Source: an uncultured Candidatus Saccharibacteria bacterium
GTDB taxonomy: Bacteria > Patescibacteriota > Minisyncoccia > Phycocordibacterales > UBA5272
DNA length: 58,116 nucleotides
Reading direction: 5' to 3'
Assembly: GCA_964544935.1 (NCBI GenBank)
Contig: CAZJDZ010000006.1
Coordinates: 1-58,116, forward strand
Shown here piece by piece: positions 29,401 to 34,839 of this stretch. Made by a program: the position numbers and the translations under genes. Positions within the stretch are counted from its first letter, which is position 1. The number at the start of each line of letters is the position of its first letter. The notes under the pieces are model-generated. The model searched no databases, was not told the origin of the DNA, and saw only the letters and a program-made list of their open reading frames with translations.

Positions 29401-31371
29401 GCAGAAGAACTTTACAGAGTTAAGACAGGTGAACTCTCGATTATCCCTATATCACTATCAACTGCCACTCTCTCTACTTCATCACAATCAGTTACAGTAC
29501 CTCTTGATCCTTCTGTAACATACACAACCTTTACGCAAGGAACATCTACTCCAACAAAAGGTGATTGTTCCTTCGGTACCCAAGGTGGAGTGACTGATAG
29601 TTGCTATATCGAGCTTCCATACATCAACTCTCCTATCTCATCACTCCAGATGACCTATCAAGCACTTCCAAAGACGCTTGGAACAAGTACCATGGCTACA
29701 ACTTTGGTTTCAAGCTATGCAACAACAACTGCAGGTACATCTACTCCTACAATTATTACAAGCACAACAACAGGACTGCTCAATGGTACAAAAGTAGGTA
29801 CTTCTACATTCTTCTTTGATCTCGGTAGTCTCTATCAGCTCTATATCAGTACTTTATCTCCTACACTACAGTTGTATCCAGACGGAGTAGGTACATCATC
29901 TAAGATCTATTCATTAGGCACTACAACACTTAACCTCACTCGTTCTATCCTCATCCCTCGTATTACCTATACACCAGCTACTATGCCAACAAGTGCATTT
30001 AGTAGGACTTCCATCCCATCCTTAGCTACAACAACTGCAACTACTACCGTTGATATGACATCCACCCCAGCACTTACCTTCTCTGCTACCTTCCTCTCTC
30101 CCGTAGGTCCTATAGCTTCCGGTACCACAATATATGCAGGATACATAGTAGACACTACTCCAATTAATCTCCCAGTTCCTCCACAGCAGTCTCTCCCTCC
30201 AGTAAGTTATCCATTCGCTACAAGTACTGCAACCACTACGGTAAACACACTTACTGTATCTACCACCACTTCATACACGGTATATTCTCCATTCACTAAC
30301 TACACTGACGATACTGCACGAGATATACGTACTACCTACTTCACTCTAAATGGAGTACTTGTAGGAGCATATACCTACAAGAAGAATAATGAATCAACTA
30401 CAGGTAAAGTAACCTATATACACTCTAACTATTTAGGTACTCCTGTAATAGAGACAGATGAGAAGGGGGATATTGTAGAGATGGATATTACGGACGTGTT
30501 TGGGAATTATGTACAAAGGGATCAAAGGAATGATAATGCGTATCATAATAAAGGGTATACAAGTCATGAGTATGATGATGTAACAGGACTTACGTATGCG
30601 CATGCAAGATACTTGGATACAAAGACACATAGTTTCTTGAGTGTTGATCCACTTAACTATAGTCTTCCGCAGAGTTATCTTCTTGACCCACAGCAGATGA
30701 ATAGCTATGCGTATGCGAGAAACAATCCAATTGTGTATACAGACCCGACAGGGCAATACACACAAAACTATGGTCCAGTAGGTGATCTTCCAAAATCACC
30801 GACATATCCACAGAACTATGGATATTCAGGTTTCAAAGGTCCACAAATATCATCTTACACTGGGATGAATCTAAGGAGTCAAACTACTATCACATTCAGA
30901 AAATCAGATGTGGATGATCTTGTTCTGTCTGGGTATGGGCAAGCAGCAAAAGATGATTGGCTGGCAGGGAATTATGGGTATGCGATTGGTCTTGGTTTCC
31001 TAGGTGGTACAGCCGCTATTTCGAGTGTAGTTAGTTCACCAGAGAGGGTGGGTGTAAACATAACAGCAAAGGTTTTAAGAGGGGCAAACAATCCAATAAC
31101 TAGAAGTACTGCCGCGTATGGTCGTGATGCACATAAGTTTTATAAGATAGGTATTGCAAATGGAGAAACTCTTGTTAAAGAATTTAATAAAATTCCTGGG
31201 ATAAGGCCTGATTTTGTTGACTTAGAAAATAAGATTATTTATGAATTAAAACCAGATAATTTGAGAGCTATAAAGCAAGGTGAAAAACAGCTCAATACGT
31301 ATATTAAAGCTTTCAAAGATGCTGGGTACGGTGATTTTAAGGGTGTTTTACAAACATATCAAAGAGAGTGA
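20473..31371 (+). CDS. Giant secreted TcB/TcC-like RHS (YD-repeat) polymorphic toxin, 3,632 aa (true start possibly the ATG at 20515)
   Basis: Signal-like KKRKALMVSAFLIFLQLATPLTSAIVYAAA. SpvB/TcdB N-terminal motif STGALTYSYPL...GRNGMAPSLALSYNS...GYGWVMSVPYIERTTKFG. FG-GAP/VCBS-like DxNxDGxxD repeats and dozens of YD repeats (YTYDGLGRV, YAYDANSNL, YTYDENGERIKK). RHS core end ARYLD...SVDP...NSYAYARNNPIVYTDPTGQ. Confidence 0.9.
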   Translation: MVALHAIIFSITYFMKYIAFGLNVIKVSFSKAVYFASRSLKKRKALMVSAFLIFLQLATPLTSAIVYAAATASNDVGSSAALDPVGNKATRLQTQGSQGVDQSTGALTYSYPLTILAGRNGMAPSLALSYNSQNNDTGWFGYGWVMSVPYIERTTKFGTDKLYATSTSFVSSLHGELISTNGLNYEQKIDDGSYANYTLTGSSWQMTDRDGTTYYFGNSYVSRVQNDAGTKIGRWYLTEVRDKFGNGIVYDYVKDSGTVYPSTISYTEHALAHPLNLVTFNLESKNDNLTSYKYGFKTIDTKRVSYIKVSTNGRDNAYFSFTYGTGANGVRSLLQGVEEKHLSTNDDWTVLPKTTFEYENSSSTFSGTISNTQNPYGTGASLNTVIDTNNDGILDLYNAGDGFFPVDINGDYKKDLMQSDVFYLYAFSDGRNIIFKYNQGGSFYTRTFKLPGSTGRYSLSSGEIIPPVRYKMDPYILTPQQESAIADVNGDGFDDVIYNDPLGQYGVAINTTNNTFDYSTSSSLTFSISNSQVADVNGDGLQDLIVKWYTSTSTLFGVFLNDGIKYQPIADFVYDAKVASTTPDSGVRFVDINNDGLVDIIRSYTSSYSKFSGPSCSLPYTYIPSDSGPAAQTVNDALFNTGSSFVAASTTLSGYVLSYSSCNVGGAQGYIVTNATKEYDVNGDLTTDYDGATNNTKKQDVLKKVNTSLGSTLDVSYRWTTQSGLNPTLPVPMYIVATTTEKLSVSDANPHSVGYNFYNGQMYFDATSPRDHKFAGFGKVEVIDGKNKTTTYYHQGNGDDYTTGEKGDSYYNIGRAYRTDTFDLSSGSSTLVNKNLSLYTTYSYASSSFTYLDSQIVNAYNSDGSFVSSGSKSLYDETKRLIKTSYKYGDIEPFVSFASSTITDRETDLITTQYQYSNTRPQRLVKEVSTDYAGISIGTTNYYYDGLPFGLVDKGALTSTTNTVYNPNGTINSTSTTQISYDPTGNAIQSIDGLNNKTKVTYDSSYTFPITKVDALNGTTTLTYDPYTLNLLTSKGPDGITSVKETDGLGKVTRSYLINTAGGITDEVRTNYVYGNGITVYGRRLGNLGTSARTLEVYDSYGRLIQSKKETQPDTFSTQDTKYDANSNVISTSLPYTTTGYGFTTDTPSNGSSIYTYDGLGRVISKSVFGTTLTYQYGARNLTVYDNASTQHKKFYAYDANSNLSQVREYNATSTYTTNYNYTPQNKLTSITDANGNTRNFAYLSNGLLIYQEDPHPTTDTTFTTYSYTYNVLGNLLSKVGSLGTTTYAYDALSRPTTRTLLDSVSGTSTVTFAYNGCSNNYLAPCTVARDTTSSTTFTYDTSGKVSNETMVIGSKSFARSYTYDIYGNPETITYPDSGKVTYTYTLDGKQSTLTYLSPNGTTKNIVTGSTYNSLNSLASLTYGNGVQFCNTYTSTSADGVISPKLAKSVYLFNSTGCSPVVNQVELYKDEFTYKDALTPSSILSTYKDIVGTTHTKSDTLTYDNLVRLTQVSTSYDGGSAVVDTLVYDPIGNILKENDVLYRYSQDGTQNAHAATSIGGYHITYDGQGNKTQAGDNVYTWNALNQMLTASSSNGLETYTYDENGERIKKVVTATTVVSQRATPATSSSTSPAFTQGDLLTPFATSSTYIATSTYNTLSSLALLDKGTLTTLVDKYYGSPFISKFCATEITSLDRQICTASTTRQLIGNDINNRSTSTIATYGLVVDLIKIVTGEYLIPTTYVGLATSSIAVSLTGNLKVKTATITSFNTFVATGIVVPMSEYEDLPYVSSSTYSSLTQVGLTDTSKVRALLVLTGCTSLTTSCATAKKVVFEKFYKENGYLLADKALEEIWYVFAVKARLPSNSGEFTSTSTILGNITVPNITGIGTSTATSTYYSGLYFTTEYTNQNLSEPRLTYFNILPYYVTQSAFTELQQAGITQVTLENYQSLITDLFSVKLASSTEYMVALKDFALYDKKVTLSQNALKELYLVSLGAASIPNNLTDYISNATFDLTGYLSTNSYQYNPTLGTWFLYGSSVCNAGAFEYYGSIAVTRCIVTNSSFTLPVATSSTVSYILSTTIPPQPVENPLIVGKSSRGTVELRLTSSSSLAYLYDNQYSTTIANDGSKLEVDITPVVVARLAGSTTTALIVNPSEYGPYAYSWQATSVTLKAYVATPKLTLASTTLVSGVTNATSSIFTPAIDSAISAYFGEIYDSSSLVTVSTSTATVISPEAYGEFASTTLRDVYDISQVFLATSTPWCEANASTTECDKQARISFFRNVISNLTGFVPSQAGVEEFWMVHKGILTLPNINYASTTGTTTIPGFFAASTTLNAYPNAYVYSVDPGHYDYQYVATTTASTTVTILNTQAGGTTFTAATGSQYILSFCGSYCNTPTFNGVSMTNLVTRASPNTNSDIRVFGLATTTSQSVPVTSNCGTNCGNATDHYRWVSLSGVSTSSYYYDTQSAAGNNASSLSVTENLQDKNNLTIISSNISTVGTSGGTGSSPLVATTSSRLWYHYATTTGNFTYSITGLGSTDAEIASIQINHNPNDTVTPGYYTANYIATTTLYYIATTSQQLPGIFTTVLATYPVFSRSSLPTSLSTSTVTNISTSTVPGHWATEWDSLDYIATSTATSTGGTITNLGSVYFHTFTATGTFSTSNYFPAKVLVLGGGGASNGGPGGGGGQYVYNGAFAMASSSYSVIVGAAGATSSFDTLIAPKGGDGVGGTFTGGSSMTYTGGTGGSNGMGGGAGAAANGSNGSGNFGGGGGNGFINPIPGSTHGQYSGGNYYLGGGGGGYGNTGHASGGLGGGGLGNYGGAATANFGGGGGSYSSGSSGVVIVSYDSVVTPGFWLTVHHSSTTPVYIATTTLTQVVTNLSLVPAGLLSDLQYNATYSTSTFAQATSTKAVSEDTYNELLRTPIRLNSDVDTIFDYALPFATSTCPGQAATSSCVVTAQKSKVKDVVSQFSGFVLSDAAAEELYRVKTGELSIIPISLSTATLSTSSQSVTVPLDPSVTYTTFTQGTSTPTKGDCSFGTQGGVTDSCYIELPYINSPISSLQMTYQALPKTLGTSTMATTLVSSYATTTAGTSTPTIITSTTTGLLNGTKVGTSTFFFDLGSLYQLYISTLSPTLQLYPDGVGTSSKIYSLGTTTLNLTRSILIPRITYTPATMPTSAFSRTSIPSLATTTATTTVDMTSTPALTFSATFLSPVGPIASGTTIYAGYIVDTTPINLPVPPQQSLPPVSYPFATSTATTTVNTLTVSTTTSYTVYSPFTNYTDDTARDIRTTYFTLNGVLVGAYTYKKNNESTTGKVTYIHSNYLGTPVIETDEKGDIVEMDITDVFGNYVQRDQRNDNAYHNKGYTSHEYDDVTGLTYAHARYLDTKTHSFLSVDPLNYSLPQSYLLDPQQMNSYAYARNNPIVYTDPTGQYTQNYGPVGDLPKSPTYPQNYGYSGFKGPQISSYTGMNLRSQTTITFRKSDVDDLVLSGYGQAAKDDWLAGNYGYAIGLGFLGGTAAISSVVSSPERVGVNITAKVLRGANNPITRSTAAYGRDAHKFYKIGIANGETLVKEFNKIPGIRPDFVDLENKIIYELKPDNLRAIKQGEKQLNTYIKAFKDAGYGDFKGVLQTYQRE
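20770..21480 (+). other. SpvB/TcdB-N-like domain segment of the giant protein
   Basis: QSTGALTYSYPLTILAGRNGMAPSLALSYNSQNNDTGWFGYGWVMSVPYIERTTKFGTDKLY. Confidence 0.75.
21630..22545 (+). other. FG-GAP/VCBS-like calcium-binding repeat segment
   Basis: Repeated DTNNDGILDL, DINGDYKKDL, ADVNGDGFDDVI, ADVNGDGLQDLIV, VDINNDGLVDII and YDVNGDLTTD. Confidence 0.7.
23200..25305 (+). other. RHS/YD-repeat shell segment
   Basis: Successive YD-type repeats from YQYSNTRPQRL to TYTYDENGERIKK. Confidence 0.85.
25310..30330 (+). other. Roughly 5-kb Ser/Thr-rich, repeat-bearing insertion between the last YD repeat and the RHS core
   Basis: There are no YD motifs here. It contains five copies of an approximately 85-aa module, four PG[YHF][YW]...Y[IV]ATT motifs and a Gly-rich block (28468-29005). 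Confidence 0.7.
30173..30482 (+). repeat. Direct repeat copy 1 (inside the RHS gene, pre-core segment)
   Basis: About 310 nt, highly similar to 32031-32339. The 3' two-thirds are nearly identical and the 5' third is more diverged. Confidence 0.85.
30331..30756 (+). other. RHS repeat-associated core
   Basis: TYIHSNYLGTPVIETDEKGDIV...GYTSHEYDDVTGLTYAHARYLDTKTHSFLSVDP...YAYARNNPIVYTDPTGQ. Confidence 0.85.
30757..31368 (+). other. C-terminal variable toxin module, PD-(D/E)xK nuclease-like
   Basis: It follows the DPTGQ boundary. The tail reads GIRPDFVDLENKIIYELKPDN...GEKQLNTYI, matching a D...E.K restriction-endonuclease-fold pattern. Confidence 0.55.
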
Positions 31372-31422
31372 TTGTTATTATTTTAAAATAAATTATTAAA
31401 TTTAAATTTTAAATAATAAGAA

Positions 31423-31839
31423 ATGAAAATAACAAAGTTAAATAATTTTTTAGTGAATCTTGGTTTTACTAAAAAAGGCAATAATTACAAAAAAAAAATA
31501 AATGACATCAATTATATAATAAACTTACAAAAGAGTAATTACTCTCCAGAGTGGTATATTAATTGTAGTTTAGATTTTGATGAGGGCAAAAAGGGTAATA
31601 TTTGGATGCGTGTTGGTGATAAAAATAAAATTTTCGAAAAAGATCTTTTTGATTTAATGAATGAAAATAAAGTTGATTTCGTTGTTGAAAAAATTAATGA
31701 AAAGTTTATTATACCTTTCGTTAATATTGGTGATGATAAAAATAAAATAAGAGAGTATGTTTTAACAAAACCAGGTGTTATTGTTAATGAATGGGCTAAA
31801 GATTATTTAGATATAAAATCAGATAGTTTAGTTTTTTAA
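31423..31839 (+). CDS. Candidate cognate immunity protein (138 aa)
   Basis: Starts 51 nt after the toxin stop on the same strand and is strikingly AT-rich. The N-terminus FLVNLGFTKKGNNYKK...YIINLQKSNYS...YINCSL recalls DUF4304-type immunity proteins (from memory, unverified). Confidence 0.6.
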   Translation: MKITKLNNFLVNLGFTKKGNNYKKKINDINYIINLQKSNYSPEWYINCSLDFDEGKKGNIWMRVGDKNKIFEKDLFDLMNENKVDFVVEKINEKFIIPFVNIGDDKNKIREYVLTKPGVIVNEWAKDYLDIKSDSLVF

Positions 31840-32016
31840 AAGTAGCATAATCACTCTATTATTCACCAAATCACTACTCAACTACGATTAGATTAAATAA
31901 TCCAATTAGGAATAATGGGGACAGTCACCATTTAATTTTAAAAAGTGTGTTGTAATATTTTTACTTCAGTGTAAATAAAAGTTAGACTTGAGAAAGTCCT
32001 TTGAAATAATGGTTCA

Positions 32017-32373
32017 GTGATTGGAGTCTCAGTCCCTCCACAACAATCCCTTCCTCCAATTAGTTACCCATTCGCTACAAGTACAGCAACAACTACAGTT
32101 AATACATTAACAGTATCTACTACTACTTCATATACCGTATATTCTCCATTCACTAACTACACTGACGATACTACACGAGATATACGTACTACCTACTTCA
32201 CCTTTAATGGAATGCTTGTAGGAGCATATACCTACAAGAAGAATAATGAATCAACCACAGGTAAAGTAACCTATATACACTCTAACTACCTAGGTACTCC
32301 TGTAATAGAGACAGATGAGAAGGGGGATATAGTGGAGACGATACAAAAGAAAACACCTCTTAGATATATCTAA
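32017..32373 (+). pseudogene. Orphan RHS pre-core fragment (truncated duplicate of giant-gene codons about 3235-3336)
   Basis: It encodes VPPQQSLPPISYPFATSTATTTVNTL...YIHSNYLGTPVIETDEKGDIVE. It then runs into terminator-encoded residues (TIQKKTPLRYI) with no core end or toxin. Confidence 0.75.
32031..32339 (+). repeat. Direct repeat copy 2 (orphan fragment)
   Basis: See copy 1. Aligned by eye base-for-base with 30173-30482. Confidence 0.85.
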
Positions 32374-32389
32374 GAGGTGTTTTCTTTTG
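32344..32389. terminator. Bidirectional terminator, 46-nt perfect palindrome
   Basis: Arm caaaagaaaacacctctta, loop gatatatc, arm taagaggtgttttcttttg. It sits between the orphan fragment (+) and the esterase gene (-). Confidence 0.8.
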
Positions 32390-32402
32390 TGGTTATTTTG
32401 TA

Positions 32403-33641
32403 TTATTTTTTACAATATTCTTCTTTTAGTTTTGCAAGTGTTATTGGTCCAAGGTTTCCTGTTGGGGAAACACCTTTACTTCTTTGATATGCCATAACAG
32501 CTCTTTGTGTTTGTGGTCCAAAGACACCGTTAGCTTGAGGAGTGAATAAACCTCTGTCTTTTAAGAATTGCTGAAGGATAGTTATATATTCTCGTTTTGA
32601 AGCTAATCTATCTCCTCGTTTGAGTGTTGTAAGCGCAGGAATAATACAACGAGGTGTGGTTGTTGCAGTATTTTCTTTTGTTGGGTCAGTAGTAGTGAGT
32701 TCTTTTTGATAATTTGTACAGTCTGCTGTTCTTGTTACCTTACAAGCAAATGATGTGTCGATAAAATTAGTCATGTGCTCAAATATTGTAAGTCCAGTCT
32801 CATGTACTTTCCATTTATATATACCGTCTCCTGCTAATCCATGACCTGATCCGGGAGCAGTAATTCTTTGATACGGAACATTTGCTGCAGATGCTTGGCT
32901 TACAAGACGGTCTGACATAAGATATGGAACGACAGTATCTGCTGTACCGTGAATGATGAGAGCATTTGCATCACCAGAAGAAAGGTATTGTTTTTTATTT
33001 GGGATACCTCCTGAGATCTCGATAATTCCAAGTGGGTTTTCACTCTTATTAAAAACATAATCTGCAAGGTATGCAAGATTGATTGTTGTATATGCCCCAG
33101 CTGATCCACCTTTAATAAACCAGTGAGTGTCGATTTTTCCCATAAATTCTTTTGCAACAAATTCTTTTGCTTTGATTGCATCTTCAAGCGCAGCAAGTGC
33201 AGCGTAGGTCTGATCACGCGGAGTTCCTTCTTCTAGAAATTCTGTAACGAACTCTTGAGCTTTTGTATCACTCAAGGATTCTATAATAGGCTTACTATCT
33301 GACTGAAGGAGTCTGTAATTGATAGCAAAAAGGGCGTACCCTGCTTTTGCAAAATTTGTTTTGTTTTCGATGCCGCTTGATTTGTCTCCTTGAACAAAAC
33401 CTCCTCCATGAATGTCTCCAACAGGAATAGGGAGTTTGTCTGATCCATTTTTACAATCTACAGGTAAATATGCATCAAGATAAAGAGGTATGGTTGATGT
33501 GCCATTTTTTGTGAGAACAAGCCCTGTCCCGTATTGTATATTTTCTACAATACGATAAGAACACTCATCTATTGCACTAGCAGATATATAAGGAAAACTA
33601 AGTGTCGCAGCTACAAGTAAAGTAATTTTTTTAATATTCAT
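32403..33641 (-). CDS. Secreted alpha/beta-hydrolase (esterase/lipase-type) fused to a C-terminal peptidoglycan-binding domain
   Basis: Signal peptide MNIKKITLLVAATLSFPYISASA. HGGGF oxyanion motif (DIHGGGFVQGD) and nucleophile elbow GGSAGA. PG_binding_1-like tail LQQFLKDRGLFTPQANGVFGPQTQRAVMAYQRSKGVSPTGNLGPITLAKL. Confidence 0.75.
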   Translation of the reverse strand: MNIKKITLLVAATLSFPYISASAIDECSYRIVENIQYGTGLVLTKNGTSTIPLYLDAYLPVDCKNGSDKLPIPVGDIHGGGFVQGDKSSGIENKTNFAKAGYALFAINYRLLQSDSKPIIESLSDTKAQEFVTEFLEEGTPRDQTYAALAALEDAIKAKEFVAKEFMGKIDTHWFIKGGSAGAYTTINLAYLADYVFNKSENPLGIIEISGGIPNKKQYLSSGDANALIIHGTADTVVPYLMSDRLVSQASAANVPYQRITAPGSGHGLAGDGIYKWKVHETGLTIFEHMTNFIDTSFACKVTRTADCTNYQKELTTTDPTKENTATTTPRCIIPALTTLKRGDRLASKREYITILQQFLKDRGLFTPQANGVFGPQTQRAVMAYQRSKGVSPTGNLGPITLAKLKEEYCKK

Positions 33642-33812
33642 ATAGAGCTAATTATACTACAAAAATAGTGTAACAAAATATGTAATCCAGAGGTCTTGTT
33701 GGCTTTATGTTGGAGATGAAAGTGATGCTGCAAATATATCAGATTTTAATATTTTTTAATGTGTGATACATTAAGTTCTAATAGTTCATTTGCGTATATT
33801 ATGGAGGTCACA

Positions 33813-34226
33813 ATGAATGCTCGGTATGTACTCGTAATACTCCTTGTGCTCTCTCTGGTGACAGGGAGTGCTCATGCAGGGGAATCGTCGTATTACCTTG
33901 TTCAAGGAGACTATTCTTTTGTTGCTCAAAAAGGGGACAACAAAGGCGCATGGTTCACAATCTCGGTGCGAGCCAAGACAGAAGAAAGCGGAATAACTAG
34001 AGAAGAGCATGGCACTTTCAAGGATCGTATTTCAACAAAAATGAAAACAATCATCAGTGAGATTGATCTCAAGGAAGGTCTTCAGGGGTGTAAGAGTTTT
34101 AATTTTAGAAGCATACAAAATGAATTCTCTGTAGAGTTTGTTGCTTCAGGAGAAAAAATTAAAACTATTGTCATCTACTGTAGAATGCTTTCTGAGAAGC
34201 GACGCAGCGTTGATGGTGATTTTTAA
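33813..34226 (+). CDS. Small secreted protein, paralog 1 (137 aa)
   Basis: GGAGG-like RBS at 33804, then MNARYVLVILLVLSLVTGSAHA as signal peptide. It shares the GC.(S/T)F and I.C.M Cys positions with the 34399..34803 product. Confidence 0.55.
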   Translation: MNARYVLVILLVLSLVTGSAHAGESSYYLVQGDYSFVAQKGDNKGAWFTISVRAKTEESGITREEHGTFKDRISTKMKTIISEIDLKEGLQGCKSFNFRSIQNEFSVEFVASGEKIKTIVIYCRMLSEKRRSVDGDF

Positions 34227-34230
34227 TGCC

Positions 34231-34273
34231 AAAAGCCGACACGTAGAACAATATACGAAGTGTCGGTTTTTTT
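34231..34273 (+). terminator. Rho-independent terminator (interrupted stem)
   Basis: Stem ccgacac / gtgtcgg separated by an 18-nt loop, followed by a T7 run. Confidence 0.5.
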
Positions 34274-34346
34274 ATTGTATTACAGTAATTTATTGTTGCT
34301 ACAAGTATTTTTATATATAGAAAATAATTTACTTTTCTTGTTTTTA

Positions 34347-34355
34347 TGGTATAAT
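34347..34355 (+). promoter_or_regulatory. Extended -10 element upstream of 34399..34803
   Basis: TGgTATAAT at 34347-34355, within an AT-rich spacer. Confidence 0.35.
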
Positions 34356-34398
34356 AATAATTAGTCTTGTTTTTTATTCTTTGACTTAAGAGGGTGCC

Positions 34399-34803
34399 AT
34401 GAAAATCAAAAATATGTGTACGGGTGTCATTCTGCTTATGCTTAGTGTTTGTACTTGTTTTGCTACAATGCAAGGCAATCGAACCTCAGCGTATATGGAA
34501 CCTTTTCATGTTGAGAATGGTTACTACAAGGGGACAACGTTCAAAATTGTTGTCATTGCTGAAGCAAAGCATGGTGGCGTAAGTGAGGAAGACGACTATC
34601 TTTTTGATCAAGAGGTCGGAGTGATTCTCAAAAGTACTGTTGATGACATGAAGCAAAAAGGAAACCCTGGTTGTGAGACATTCAAAGAGAGTTATTTCCT
34701 GAAGACACGGGAGGATATCGTCTCAGTCTTGAAAAAAACAACAACTCTTGCAACCGAGAACTTGAAAATGAGTCTCAGTATTAAATGTGTCATGGTGAAG
34801 TAG
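34399..34803 (+). CDS. Small secreted protein, paralog 2 (134 aa)
   Basis: Signal-like MKIKNMCTGVILLMLSVCTCFA. Its layout and two conserved Cys (NPGCETF, SIKCVM) match paralog 1. Confidence 0.55.
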   Translation: MKIKNMCTGVILLMLSVCTCFATMQGNRTSAYMEPFHVENGYYKGTTFKIVVIAEAKHGGVSEEDDYLFDQEVGVILKSTVDDMKQKGNPGCETFKESYFLKTREDIVSVLKKTTTLATENLKMSLSIKCVMVK

Positions 34804-34839
34804 AAATACTACAGATGTTTCTATGAAACCTCTGCGTAC

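Noticed and set aside
21506-30765. About twenty 60-110-aa ORFs on both strands inside the giant gene
   Set aside because: All are embedded in the continuous 3,632-aa frame, which carries strong RHS/SpvB motifs. They are frame shadows.
20473-32400. Mobile-element context for the RHS locus (integrase, transposase, tRNA attachment site)
   Set aside because: No such gene or terminal inverted repeat was seen flanking the locus. Only the internal 310-bp direct repeat is present, so I do not call a mobile element.
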